Source: Lama glama
Taxonomy: Eukaryota
NCBI GenBank assembly: GCA_028534125.1
Contig: CM052816.1
Location: 43,650,001-43,714,000, forward strand
Length of the DNA: 64,000 nt
Direction of reading: 5' to 3'
In this document: positions 13,591 to 25,968 of the stretch, piece by piece
Numbering within the stretch: the stretch's first letter is position 1
How the letters are laid out: each line of letters starts with the position of its first letter
The notes under the pieces: model-generated
Told to the model about the DNA's origin: nothing
Seen by the model: the letters and a program-made list of their open reading frames with translations, nothing else
Database searches by the model: none
Position numbers and translations under genes: made by a program

Positions 13591-14049
13591 CAACAAAACT
13601 GTCCTATCTTTGAAAGTAACAAAACTGGGTTAAAAATTTATATTTCAAAGTTTTTGTGAATTCAGTCCCCCACCCCAAATCCCTCTTTCCCAGGTCCATT
13701 GTCCCCAGGAATCAGTGGAAAGTTATTATAAATTTGAGTGGTGAATTCTGGGTTCATAACACGTTTTGGAACATAGTAGCATAAAAATTATTTTTAAGTT
13801 AAGTTCCTACTCTTCAATGGAAGTGTTTAAGCTTTATTTGTGGTTAACAGTATTCTATGTCAGCAGCAGACTTGAGGGTGGCCTGTAAGTGCTGAAAATC
13901 ATGGAGGAACTTTAGCCTAGTTAAAAAAAAAAAGATTTGCTCTCGAAGGTGTGCTCCTCTGTAGCTTATATGTTATTGAATTTCCAGCAGCTAAGCTCCC
14001 TGAATCAACCATGAACACCCTGATTATTGGGAACATTAGCATTTAAGAC

Positions 14050-14368
14050 TCTAGATGGAACACTGTAGCCCGGCCAGCTCTCTCTGGGCACAAGTATGTT
14101 TTGTTTAACCTATTCGTGTTTTGAAACTATGAATTAGTTGCCCAATATTTAAAAACAAATATATTTCACACAAAGAAAATCTCCTGAAGAGCAAGAAGAT
14201 CTGGGACAGTAGATTTACAATTTTCCATAAGGAAACAATTGGCTGGAGCTGAACCCTGAGTATGAGGCATGTGTTGCCCTGTCCATCGCTGTCTCAGCAC
14301 ATCCTCCCTTTGTCATTTGTTTATTTTGACCATTTGGCCATTTTTAGGATTTTGGTTTGCAAATCCTG
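14050..14368 (+). mobile_element. hAT-Charlie MITE, MER102-like
   Basis: 'tgttttgtttaacc...tgaattagttgcccaatatttaaaaa...gaagatctggg...aacaattggctggagctga...tttgcaaatcctg'. Confidence 0.8.
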
Positions 14369-15229
14369 ACTCTTGGTTGTACACACATTAAAAGTATTCC
14401 TTCTGTGTTAGTGTTCTTGCCCATGAAATCATGACCTTATTCCATTATAAGTCAAAACTCTACACAATTTTCTGATAGTTTATCTGTATAGAATATTTAG
14501 AAAACACCATCTGATTAAATGTGAATATTTCCCCTATACCATGTTATCACTTAACATTTTGAACTTCCAAACTTAAACTGAAGTCTCCTGGGATCAAGAA
14601 GAAATAAATAACTCAAAATATCTGTACTGTATTATCTGCTAAAACTTAGCATTTTTTTTTTTTTGACATCGAGCCCTACGTCAATACATTTCTCTCACAT
14701 CATATTGTGTTAGGCTGGTTCACAGTAGGAAAAAGCATAACAGGATATGACATGATGTAAGTGATGCACTGACATGTATAATTTATAGACTACACCCCTG
14801 TTGGAAGCAGACACCTGCACTTAATTTAGATCCTGGGAATTTAAAATGAAATTAATGAACAAAAGTAGAAATGCCCATGAACTGATGAATGAATGAATGA
14901 TGTGGTTCACCAGCCCAAAAGTAGCTTATGTCATCACTGAGGATCTCAGAGCTTAATATTACCCATGTGTCAAGTAGTCATTTGCTATTTTCCAAGTCTG
15001 ACTGGAGTCTTTAACAGATAATCTAAGTAGCAGACATTTAAGAAGAACATTTTTATTTAAAAAATTTTAATAACTTGGTCATTTAATTCCCAAGCAAGTA
15101 ATTTAATACAAAGCTCTCTTTGCCATAATTCTCTGGGTATGTTATGTTAAAGATGTGTTTTGTTTTAAGCAGTAATGGTCAATGCATGTTGCTCTTTTCA
15201 AAATAATGTTTCAAAGAAAAACATTACAT

Positions 15230-16290
15230 GTTTACCATTGGAAACTGGGTAAGCACAAAGGAGTATTAAAATTATTGGCAAACATCCCGCCCAAAGATAA
15301 CCACTGATGAATGTGTTAGCGTATTTTCTTCTAGTCATTTAAGATCCATATCTACCTATCTTCATTTATCTACATCCATGTTAACAATCATTTTATTACC
15401 TCAGAATTGTGTGGGCCTGGGATTTGAGCAGGGCTCAGTGGCATTTCTTCCGTTTCTCATGTAACACTGCTTGAGGTGACTTGGTGATGCTCAGCTGGCA
15501 GACAGGCTGGTCTGGAAGGTCGGAGAGGGCTTTTCTTACAAGATGGCATCTTGACAGGATGGCTATGCAAGACTTAGCCCAACTGGAGCTGTTGGTTCTT
15601 CTCTTTTTGGGCCTCCCCATGGAACTGCTTGAATCAGATTGCTTGAGCTTCCTCACAGCATGGGGGCTGAATTCTAAGAGCGAGTGTTCCTTATGTATGT
15701 TTATTTAAAAAATATGGTTGGGATTCAACTGTATACCCAGTTCTGAATCTTGCATTTAAAGATTAAAAGCATATTATACACATTTTCCTGTTCCACAGAA
15801 ATGTCTTGGCAGCTGGTCTTGATAGCTGCGTAATATTACATATCATACAGCCTCCACCTATTGTCTCACAAATAGTATCTTTATTATATTAGTAATATGT
15901 AATAAAAATTACTGTGCATACATTTTTGCCTAAGTTTTGTATTGGTTCCTTAATGTGTAGTCCAAGAAGCAAAATTAGCTAAGTGTATGAAAAATTTTAA
16001 GGCCAGTGATAGAGGTTGTCAAACTGCTTTCCAGTAATATGGTGCGTATTCTCATTTCACTGTTTACTGCCTACTCACTGCACCTTCATCAGCATTTTCA
16101 TTTTTAAGTCTTTGTATATTTGATCGTTATAACTATCTTACTGATGTCATTTGCATTTATGTGAATTCTGATGTATTTTCATGATTATTAATTTATGTTA
16201 CATCTCCTATATTTGCTTGCTCATCTATTGAGACACTATTTTAAAAATCAGTTTATCTGAATTCTTTATATATTAGATAACTATTTTAAA
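15230..16290 (-). mobile_element. Old L1ME 3'-end fragments (antisense), interrupted by the MLT1 fragment
   Basis: 'cccaaagataaccactg...gtattttcttctagtc', 'ccaagaagcaaaattagctaag...tgtcaaactgctttcca', 'tttgcattt'. Confidence 0.6.
15400..15690 (-). mobile_element. MaLR LTR fragment (MLT1G/H-like)
   Basis: 'atttgagcagggctcag...tcagctggcagacaggctggtctggaaggtc...aagagcgagtgttcc'. Confidence 0.78.
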
Positions 16291-17380
16291 GATATAATTG
16301 GTGATAAAAGATATCTATGTACTTTTGGAACAGAAATTCAAGCTGACTCAATTCACGCAATTTAGGATTTCTCTATATGTCATAAATTTGAATTATATTT
16401 AAACTACTTTTGAAATGAGTTATTTTTATTACTGGCATAGTTTTACTGGCTATTCCTACTTAATCTAGGCTCTGCAGAAAGATAATAACAATTAAGATGA
16501 TTATGCAATTAAAAGTGCCCTTCTCAAAAAATATCATAAATACTTTGGAATCAGCATAAAATTTGAATATAGCAAACAATTTTTTAAAATGTTTCTAAAA
16601 TTCTGGTTGTTACATTAACTGTATTGCCCTTTATTACAGAGTGAAAAATCATCACTTTTGATTGATACATTTATAAAATAGTAACTTTTTGAGTAATACT
16701 TTGCATTATTGTTATATACATAGTTTCTCAAGAGAGAACAATGACAATACATTTTACCTAAAAATATTTTCATTGCCTCATTTGAAAAGCTGTTTGAATT
16801 ATTTAAAGAATATGACTTCACTCCCTCCTTTCATGTTCATTTCAGAAACTGTATAATACAGGTTATAAAAGCAGTGGGAGGAAAATGGCTGATATATAGG
16901 TAGATGGAAGGATATAATAGTTGTGTGTTTTGAATGTGAAGGACTGTGAAACTTATTGTAGAAATTCACTGCAAAATTTCAGCAGCAATATCACAAACTG
17001 CTTTAGGGGAAAAAAATACAAAAAGAATGCAGGAGCTCTCAACACGTTTTTTTGGGGGGGGGCTGTAAAATGAAAGCATTTCATCATGATGCCCTGCCAA
17101 GATTTGTCCTCAATAAATTCAAAGTCCTCCTCACTTTCTAAAATTCTCTAAAGTACATTGCCCTTGATTTTGAAACATATATTTTCCCACATTATTCTTA
17201 CTCAGCCAGTTCATTTGATGTCTGCTAACTTGCCTGTTAGTCCTTTGTCGTGAGCCCTCTGTTTCTATCCGTGTTTTGCTATGCAAGTGTCCTTCTAAAC
17301 TAGCTTGACCGCTTACATTAGCCTTTTAGCAGTTTGGATTACAATTCTAGCTAACACAGGAATTGTCTGCATGTATATGT

Positions 17381-17459
17381 ATTTTTATTTTTTCCTCTTT
17401 TTTTCTTTTCTTTTTCTTCCTTCCCTTCCTCTCTCTCTGCCTTCCTTCCTTCCTTTCCC
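17381..17459. repeat. Polypyrimidine low-complexity tract (CT/CCTT-rich)
   Basis: About 78 nt almost purely C/T, read directly. Confidence 0.9.
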
Positions 17460-17504
17460 GTATTTGACAATCCTAAAAGAGAGGCTTGCAGTAAACTTAT
17501 ATAT

Positions 17505-17770
17505 CTAGCCACGTAATGTGATGTCACGTTAAACTGTTAAGGCCCCTCCACCAAACCTAACAAAGGCGACGTGGTAATTGTTGCGTTAAGGCGCAGTGCA
17601 ATGGCACACAACAGCATGACGCTATTTCACCCCCTTTCTTCTTGAGACTTTTCATAACAGTCCCCTTTATTGCTGACGGGTTTCTAATAATGGTGGCCAT
17701 GTGGCTTTGGAACAACAGCAGAATGTTAATTTATTCCCCAGTGTTACCTAGAGGCCCTGACGTGGGTCCC
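17505..17770. promoter_or_regulatory. Candidate enhancer: cluster of ACGT/TGACG bZIP-type sites
   Basis: GCCACGTAAT 17508, TGTCACGTT 17522, GCGACGTGG 17566, ATGACGC 17616, TGACG 17674 and TGACGTGG 17758, in non-repeat DNA. Confidence 0.4.
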
Positions 17771-18820
17771 TAATTTAAATACTGGGTAGGACCAGGCTGA
17801 TCAGGTGGCTCCGAGCTAGCACAATAGGCTGTGAGGGGAAGCCCCACTCCCTGCTCAGGGCAGATGAGGAGGATTCCAAGTGTAATTGGCCTCTGGGGAG
17901 CGTGTAAGTCACTCTGTACCCCGCTTCAGACCTCCTTAATGCCTTGCCAGCTGGAAGGAAAAGTGCCTTCTTGCATTGCCCACAAAGGAAGCGGAGAGTG
18001 AGGGGAGTAGAACTGGAAAAATTAAAAAAGAGGGAAGAGACAGCAACACAAATGAAGAGTTGGGTAATAATATTGTACATCTAAAAGCCGGGAGAGTGTG
18101 TCATAAACAAATGGGCTTGCAATGGTCAGTAGACAATTATATCCTGTTACCTCATTTCACATGCTGACTAATTACACAGAGCAAGAGGAAATTAGCACAG
18201 GAACCTCTCTCTGTGCCAAGTCCACATCAAAATGCTGTAAAAGAAAAACATGAAATCAATCTTCCATGGCTTTAAAGAACTCATAGTTCCTGAAGTTTAA
18301 AGCCCCACACTAAGTCCTCCAAAGTATAATAAGACTTACTGGATGTTCAAATCTCAGAAATTAGGTTTGTATGGGGGGGAAAAAAAAGAAGAAGAAACTC
18401 TATGGGTCACACCTTTTTGTGATCTGGACAACATGTTTAACATCTAAATGTGTTTTTATTCTGATATTATTGTTTAAATCCCCAGTTCCAATTCTACTTG
18501 CTTTATATCACGTAATGATTTGCTGACGTGGGAAAGAAGTATCTTCTTGGACAGAGTTGTCTCTTGAAATTTCTCTTAGGATGCGTGTGATTTGTTTCAA
18601 GATTTAACTGAGTTCTTAAACTTCATCTTCAAAGAGGTGCTGGTAAACAGTAGAGCTAATATTTTGTAAATTTATAGCTTTTTCTTTAATATAGAATTTA
18701 TGAAAATCAAATCACTTTCTTCTATTGACTTATAGCTTCAAGATATATCACCACAAAAAAATCCCCAAACAACAAAAATCAGTTCCCCAAATAACTTAGA
18801 CATTTCACTAGGCATAAACT

Positions 18821-18872
18821 TAAAAAACAAACAAACAAACAAAAACCCCCAAACAAAACACAAACGAAAAAA
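18821..18872. repeat. (AAAC)n-like A/C-rich simple repeat
   Basis: Read directly. Confidence 0.85.
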
Positions 18873-21094
18873 CTTTAAGAAAAGGGCCAAACCTTTGCCA
18901 AAATGTGTGTGAGAGTGATTCAGCGATTCCGGCCTCTCTGAATCCAGGGTTCCTGGCCCTCACTGGTGGTCAGCAGTGCTGGAATAAGGGGGCTCTCGGA
19001 TGCTGCTGCCTAGGGACCGGAGGTCACTGAGGGTGAGGGCCTGCCCTCCATCCTGGTTCCAACCGGAGCAGTACCATTGCTTTTTCAATACGCGGTTTTG
19101 GAGTGAGATGTCTTTTAGGAGAAAAACATTTATAATTCTGCTGGTTTAAAACTAGTTTAACAGGACTGGGCTGGGTGATCTCTTGGGACCCAGTCAGCTA
19201 ATATTCTTTGATTCTATGTCAAATACTTCATTGAAAACCCACCGCAAGACAGAGTACTGTAACTGAGATGAAAATTACCAGTGAGGAAAGAAGGAATCTT
19301 ATCACACTCAAAGATAAAGACTCAGGTTTTTTTTCTTGTGACTAAAAAAAAGCCTTTTTAGGAAATTAATTTAAATAACCTTTCTTAATGGTAGTCAGTG
19401 GCCGTCTTTCGCTTGCTGTGTTAAAGGGGTGGTTTGCTGCTGGCAGGGCAGGGGGAAGATAAGCTTTTACATGTCCCCCTCCTTCAGGTGCGAGGCTCTT
19501 ACTGTCCTCCCGTCTCCTTCCTGTGTGTTCTGCTGAAGGCAACGTTGCCATAGATTCATTTGCTATCATAGTAGTAAAAAATAGAGTAAAAAAGTAAGAA
19601 AGCCAATACCAAATTAAGACAACTAAACAAGTATAATGAGGTTAATATTTTTGAAAGTATTGCTGATGTATTTAGCAAGTTGCTTAGTAACTCCTCATCC
19701 AGGGAACCGACAGCATTCATAGTTTCAAGCTGAATCCCTGAGAATAGAGGCCATGGCTCAGTTTAGAGTCACAAACTCGATTCTTAAGTAGAAGGGTTTT
19801 CTCAGTTCCCTCAGCTTTCCTCCGCATGCCAACTTCCCTGCAGAGACATGGAGGACGTGGAAGCTAAGTTCCCATTAGGGGGAGGTAGGAAGCCTTCTGA
19901 TGGTGAGGGGAGCAGTCCAGAGCAGAGAGAAGGGGTGAATGCAGGGATGCGGGCGTTCATTTGCAGGCTCACCTCCAGGATTCAAAACTCTGTCAGCAGC
20001 TGGGGGCGGGGGGGGGGTGGCGTGAAACTGAGGCGCGTGGCTTGGGAAGGATGTCTCAGCAGAGGGACACTGCATTTAGGGTTGGGGGGCCAGGGGGCTT
20101 TCTCATTGGAAAGGTTTCAGGACAGGAAGTGGCTGCAGCAGAGGAGACATGGCTGCAGGGCTTGTTGAGACAGACACTAACCTGAGATAGGACTGCTGAT
20201 GTGTGGGACACAGCTGAGGCTGTTGGCTAGGCGATTCCCAGCTCAGTCACTGAGGGGAGAGTCTTAGTGACCTGCAGCCGAGCAGACTGCCTATGTGGAG
20301 GCTCCCATAAGAGCCACATCCAAAGCTCCGGCAATCTACAGGCCAGAGACTGCCCAGGGAGTGGCTTTGTCATGAGGAGGGAAGGCTGGGCTCACCAGAG
20401 CGCTGTCGCTGCGTGCTCTTGCTGCTGAGAAAAGGGGCCACGAGTTTCACCAGCTCAGACCAGCAGTGGAGTCAGTAAAGGCAGAGATGGATGCCCAGAG
20501 ATGAGCAGGGCTGGATGTTCCCCCACCCACTTGGGCTCCCTCAGCTCGCCGGGCCAGACTGAGCATGGGCAGGAAGGGAAAGTTGCCTGGGGTGGTCGGG
20601 GATTTAGCACTCGTGTGCATTTTGGGGAGCACCTCAGTATGGGCCAGTCCAGGACAGCTGATGACCCTGCCTTCAGGTCCAAGGCAAGATTTATAGAAAA
20701 ATGGCTTCACCTAATGGTGTAGTGACAAGCAGCAGAGCTGCCTAAACTGTGCAGTGGCCTGAGGGCCACATCTGCCCCGTCACTAGGGGCGGTAGTCATC
20801 GTGAAGCTTTGCCCGTTAAAAAGATAACGGTTTTGTGATGGCTCCACATGAGTTAAATGAGAGGTGTTTTGTCCCAGCGTCATGTCTTTTCGATCTGGGG
20901 ACATGTCCTTTCTGCTAATTTCTCTCATTTCAAATTAGATAGCACTCTTTTAAGCCAGATTGAAGGGGCCCATGATTTAGAGTCAACAGTTGTAAGTTAC
21001 AAATTTAGTTCTTTGAAAGGGAGAAAGGAATATCGTGAGCTTCTCAAATGACATTTGTGCATTTTCTACCAGATTTCCAGTTCATGGTACATCG

Positions 21095-21343
21095 GGGCAA
21101 TGTAGCATGGTGGTTAAGCATGTCGGCGCTGGCTTCAGATTCCCTGGGTTCAACCCCTGCCTCTCAGTCTTCCCGGTCAGACCTAAACTCATGGTGCCTT
21201 GGTTTTCTCATCTGTGGGATGGGATGATGCCAACAAAGAGACTATTATTCACCTTTGCAGTGTTTTATTAGGATTGAATGAGATAACGTATATAGAGCGA
21301 GCTTTCTCAGTAGGTCTGGGCACACAGAAAGCACTTAATAAAT
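21095..21343 (+). mobile_element. MIR SINE, near full length
   Basis: 'gcaatgtagcatggtggttaagca...ctgggttcaacccctgcctc...gccttggttttctcatctgt...aggattgaatgagataacgta...gcacacagaaagcacttaataaatg'. Confidence 0.88.
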
Positions 21344-21349
21344 GGAGGA

Positions 21350-21465
21350 GTATGACTCCTCCGCTAGGCTGTAAGCCCTCTGAACACAGAGACACTGTCT
21401 GCTTTTGCCCACCTGTTCATCCCCTGTATCTGAAGTAGAATAAGCATTAGATAATGTTAACTATT
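21350..21465 (+). mobile_element. L2 3'-terminal fragment
   Basis: 'ccgctaggctgtaagccctctgaacacagagacactgtctg'. Confidence 0.65.
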
Positions 21466-23509
21466 AGTAGGATTGATTTTTGAAAAGAAAAATAGCCACG
21501 ATCTTTATACCATTCTTTCTGTCAGTACTTCTCTCATTCTTACAATTTTTTCTTAGATTTGTAAGAATAAGGAAAAGCTGAAATGTCATTGGTGGTAAAG
21601 ACTTGAGTATTGTTATGAAGACACAGGCATAACTGCAATTCCAAATTCACTGTCCTCTAGAGCACGTGAGCCAGGCAGGGCGGGTCAGACACCCCTCCAG
21701 GAATCTGAAAACCTGGCTCCTGATGTTTTCTCGGCTAAAACAACTTTTCCACAGTGTTCTCTTTAAAATCTTTAAAATGAGAGGGCTGGACTAGATGAAG
21801 GCTCAGATCGCGTGCAGCTCCAGACTTGAGCAATTTGAACAGAGAACAGAACAGAACAGTGTACAGTGAAGTGCCGAATTGTACTGAACAACATGATGAT
21901 CCTTTTTTAAAACTTCACTCTTTTCTCTCTGAAAAATCTTTCAGTGTTAGTTACCCTTTCCCTTTTGAAAGCCTGCTTTCCTCGTGCAGGACCATTCTGA
22001 TTCAGAGTCATAAAAGAGAGCACGCCTGTGCAGAAGATTCTCTAGCCACTGAGAACACCTAACAGCAGAGACGGCCAACATTAATGCACACCCGGCGTCA
22101 GTGAGGGAGTAAGTGTGACTCCTACACAGAAGGCTCATGACCTGAAGGATGCTGCAAATTACATCACAATGACAGCCTCCTCGCAGCAGGGCAGAGACGA
22201 GCCGCACTGTCTCATGTCTTGAGGTGGCTGCAGCTGCACCACCTCTCAGATTGCCTCTCCCACGTCCTTCCATTTCTACTTTCTTCCCCACGTAGGACCA
22301 ATCGCTCTAGTCCTCCTGCTGAGAAGGCATGTAATGAGTAGCACAGCTCTGAGTCTGATGGCCCACGACAGTCTACAACCCCGATTTGCAAAATGTAGGC
22401 AGGAGATAATTCCATCCCCCCCTGAATTCCTCTCTTAAAAGGAGTCTCACAAAACCCCTTCACAGGCTCTAAATTGTAACTTAGAAGGCACCGTCCTTCC
22501 CTTGGCACTGAAGGACTGTTGTTTTCAAGCATCCCTGGAATCAGGCAAATCTAAGAGGAAAGACAGATTCTCTAGCCCTGAAAGCTAACTCTGTTTGGAG
22601 AGGTAGGGTTGCCTTTTGCTTTTCTCACCGAGATTTGGTTTGTCCTGGCACTAATTCTCTCATAGAAACTGTGATCTTTTCTGAGTAAGGATGCATACGT
22701 AGAGGTAGGGAATTTGGTTCTAGTCTAAATTAATCGTATTGCTTGAATTTTCAAGGGATTTCTTTGAGTGATGTGTACACACCGCAGTGTGTGGTCCCAA
22801 GGACACACTAGCACTTCTGCACGGAGCCGCGGGCCCTGCGGCCCTGTCTGGGCTGTGGGGTATATTGGCAGTACGTCCTTCTGTCAGGCTCCTTCCTGAT
22901 GGAATTAGGAAGAGGTAGGAGCAGAGTATAGAGTGGGTAGGAGATTCTCTGTGGGCCATTTTATTTGTCTGAGCATCAGTGACAAAGAGGGCTTGATTTA
23001 GGCCAAATGTCAAATCTCCGGTATTTCTTTTCAGTGGCATCTTCCTGACTCTCAATCTCACTGCTTTGCCCTCAGGAGCAGCTGAGTGGAAGGTGGTGTG
23101 CTCTGGGAATACTGGCTTCCCGGGGTAGCACGCTGGTGTGAGGGGTCGTGCCTGAGGATGTGGCTCTCAGAAGGGTGCCCCCCACCCCCCTCCAGTCCCC
23201 TTTTTCTTTTCTTCTTACCTCTTCTGAACTCCCTGTCACACAGCCCTCTGTCCCTTTGCCCCAAGGCTGTGGAGGTGCCCACAGCCCTTTCTCATTGCTG
23301 TTCCCTCTCATGCCCCTCCCGATGCTGTGTGTTAATTATGATGTTGCCCGCTCCCCGCTAGTGTGGGCAGGTGGGCAAGTGTGGTTGAAGAATCTCCCAG
23401 GGGTTTTTGGAGGGACGCCAAGCATAATTTTGCAGCCTGGTGAGTGGGAAGGGGAGCCCCTGCAGTTAGGGAATGACTTTCTTATTTTTTTCGAGCCCTT
23501 TGTATTTTG

Positions 23510-23670
23510 TGTTTATTCTTTAACTTGTTCATTAGCTGCTTGTCTCTCAAGAGCTTATGCTTCATGACAACGATCAGTTCCACTCACACTATCTAGCCTC
23601 TAGCCCAGCACCTCACATATATTTAATGCTCAACAATATTTATTAATACATATATCTATTGAATGGAAAT
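23510..23670 (+). mobile_element. L2 3'-terminal fragment
   Basis: 'cccagcacc...tgctcaacaatatttattaa...gaatg' tail. Confidence 0.5.
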
Positions 23671-23754
23671 AGAAGGAACCGATCCCTTTAAACCTGTGCG
23701 TCTGTGTATGTGTGTGAGGTGGCAGGAAGAGAGAGATCTGGGAGGACTTCACGT

Positions 23755-24312
23755 CAGAGGCTTTTAAACGTTTTTTGTTTACGCTGCTCTTAGTGTCTCA
23801 GCAGTGTTTCTCACAGCATCACCAGACTAAAACAAATATATAAATAGTTGTTTTAAGTGGTCTAAGCAATTTAATAAGTATTTATGCCCTAACACCTTAG
23901 TGGCCATTTAAAAAACACATATAAATTGAAAAAATGTGTTTTCAGTTCACTGTCAACCAGTATTACCTTCAAATGGGGTTTGTGTGCACATTGGGCTACC
24001 CAACTTCTCAAACTGTGGAATCTGATTAGACGCTGTTAGTCTCAGTTCCTGTTTCACGTTCTGCTTTGATTTTCACGTAATGCTTGCTCGTAGCAATTGC
24101 TAAAATCCCAGTTTCACAAAGATATGACATCATCAAAAGGAATCTGGCTAACGCTCTAATACTGAAACTGGAAACAACCTCAAGCACGTAGTTTGTGTAT
24201 CTGACAGATAAAGAATATCTCCGTGTTTCCCTGTAAAATTAAAAAAAATAAGTACCCTGTGGTGAATTTACTGTGGCATCCTGGGGCACGTTGGTGCGAC
24301 GTTTGGAACGTT
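23755..24312 (-). mobile_element. hAT-Charlie non-autonomous element (MER119-like)
   Basis: Minus strand near 24095-24130 reads MSYLCETGILAIA (hAT dimerisation motif YLCEAGFS); 'caacttctcaaactgtggaatctgattaga' and the ends match recalled consensus. Confidence 0.8.
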
Positions 24313-25174
24313 CATGGTTACACTAATACTGATTTCAAATCCTGGACGAATCACCGTTATGATGATGAAAAGGTAATAGAAGTTTTAGTCAATTGGGAAG
24401 CACTTACCAATTAGGGCTAATTTTCAGTATGTAATAGTCGTCATTAAATATGTTTTGGGTTGATTTTGCTAAATTGAATTTGATTCAAAGTCAACCCTTA
24501 CTTTCAAAGGCTATGACGGGCGAGCAGTGAGAGCAATTGCTCACGTTATCCACGTGGCCTCCTCACTTTGCATGCCACAAGTTTAACCTTCACACTTTGT
24601 GCCGCCCAGAGCACGGCGGTCTGCTTACAACTTAAAAAAGTGTGTTGGGGTCACGCTGCTGGTCTTGCTCACACCCGCAGCGGTGGAGAGCTTACAGCAT
24701 CTGCAACACATCACAGCATTTGTGTCAACCTACAAATTATCCCTTGGAACTGGAGGAATTTACTTGAAAGGCTTCCAGTGAAATCCTGTGACAAATAGGT
24801 ACAATCTCATACCAGCCTTCTCACTAAATGCTTTATTCTTGGCATTTATAAATGTTTATTACCCTCTGTGCATTCCTGAGGAAATTTGGGTTTTAGAAGA
24901 TAATTTATAAGCCTTATCATGCCTTCTTTAGAATTCGGCTAACCACTGTTCTTTCTCAGCTGAAATGTGAGACCTCACAGGGTTAAGTGAGTTGCACCCA
25001 CACCAAAAGTCTACATCAAGTATTTCTTTAAATGTGGACTCCTTGACAAACACATCTCTCCATTTGCAAGGCCCGTGAATTTAAAGCATCCGGTAATAAC
25101 AGGCCTGTTCTCCCTCTCGGAGCTGGAAGCTCCTTGTGAAATGGTATCCTGCCAAAGTGCCACTGCAATAAAGC

Positions 25175-25500
25175 TCCACGTCCTAACGTTGGTGTCAAAG
25201 TGGCAGCGAACCAAGACTGGCAGCGGGCTAATTTGGGAGAGCTGTCTGCCTCCGCCTCCTCCGCGCGCTCCCACTGATCCACTCCCCCGACGAGCTTTCT
25301 GCTTGTCAACGGTTCAGAGATCCGGGGAGACGGGGATGAAGAGAAATGACGACACGCTTTTCCCTTTCACTCAGTACCCGGATCTCCCGTCAGCGAGCCG
25401 GCGTCCGGGGGCACGGGAGCTCTGTCCCCCGCTAGACCGACGGCTTCACGAGCAGACTCTTAGAGTAGAAAGTGCACCCCTCGTTAAGGGCGGCATGACT
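25175..25500. promoter_or_regulatory. Small orphan CpG island
   Basis: Hand count for 25201-25500: 26 CpG, about 61% GC, observed/expected about 0.9. Not recognisable as a repeat. Confidence 0.7.
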
Positions 25501-25819
25501 TATGATGTATAATGTTGTGACAGTATCTAACACTCTCCCAGACAGCCTGAAACAATTCGAATACTTAAATACTCGAGTGTCTGTGCTAATGGATGTCTTG
25601 CCTGATTACTTAGTCATCTTTTTCCTTCTATGAACACGATCAGTTAAGTGGAAGGCGGTAGGCGGTAGGCGGCAGCATTGCTAGGGTCAGTGGGGTGCGG
25701 GACAGCCCGTCGGCAGTATTGCACATTTGGGGTAAGAGAGCTACAGAGAAGAAATTGGTGTTCTACAAATGCTTACTTTTTGGTAAACTAAGCCTCAGGT
25801 CTCCATGACCACACAAAGT

Positions 25820-25968
25820 CACGAGTGCATGAGTTTTAGCCCTTTCTCACAATCTTTCTCAGATCTTTACAATGGGGACAAAAATATCCTGGCTTTACTG
25901 GCATGAGGCTCCAATGGGATAATGCATATAAAGCTCTTAGCACATAGCAAGCACAAAATAAGTTACGT
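25820..25968 (+). mobile_element. MIR 3' fragment
   Basis: 'atctttacaatggggac...tgggataatgcatataaagctcttagcacatagcaagcac'. Confidence 0.65.

Noticed and set aside
20775..20795. CTCF-like GTCACTAGGGGCGG
   Set aside because: One base short of the core spacing; no convincing CTCF site was seen in the window.
24091..24542. Two 12-bp palindromes sharing the core AGCAATTGCT
   Set aside because: 12-bp palindromes are frequent by chance, and one lies inside a transposon.
25075..25512. 145-aa ORF across the CpG island
   Set aside because: GTG start; open frames are expected in GC-rich DNA; no domain similarity recognised.
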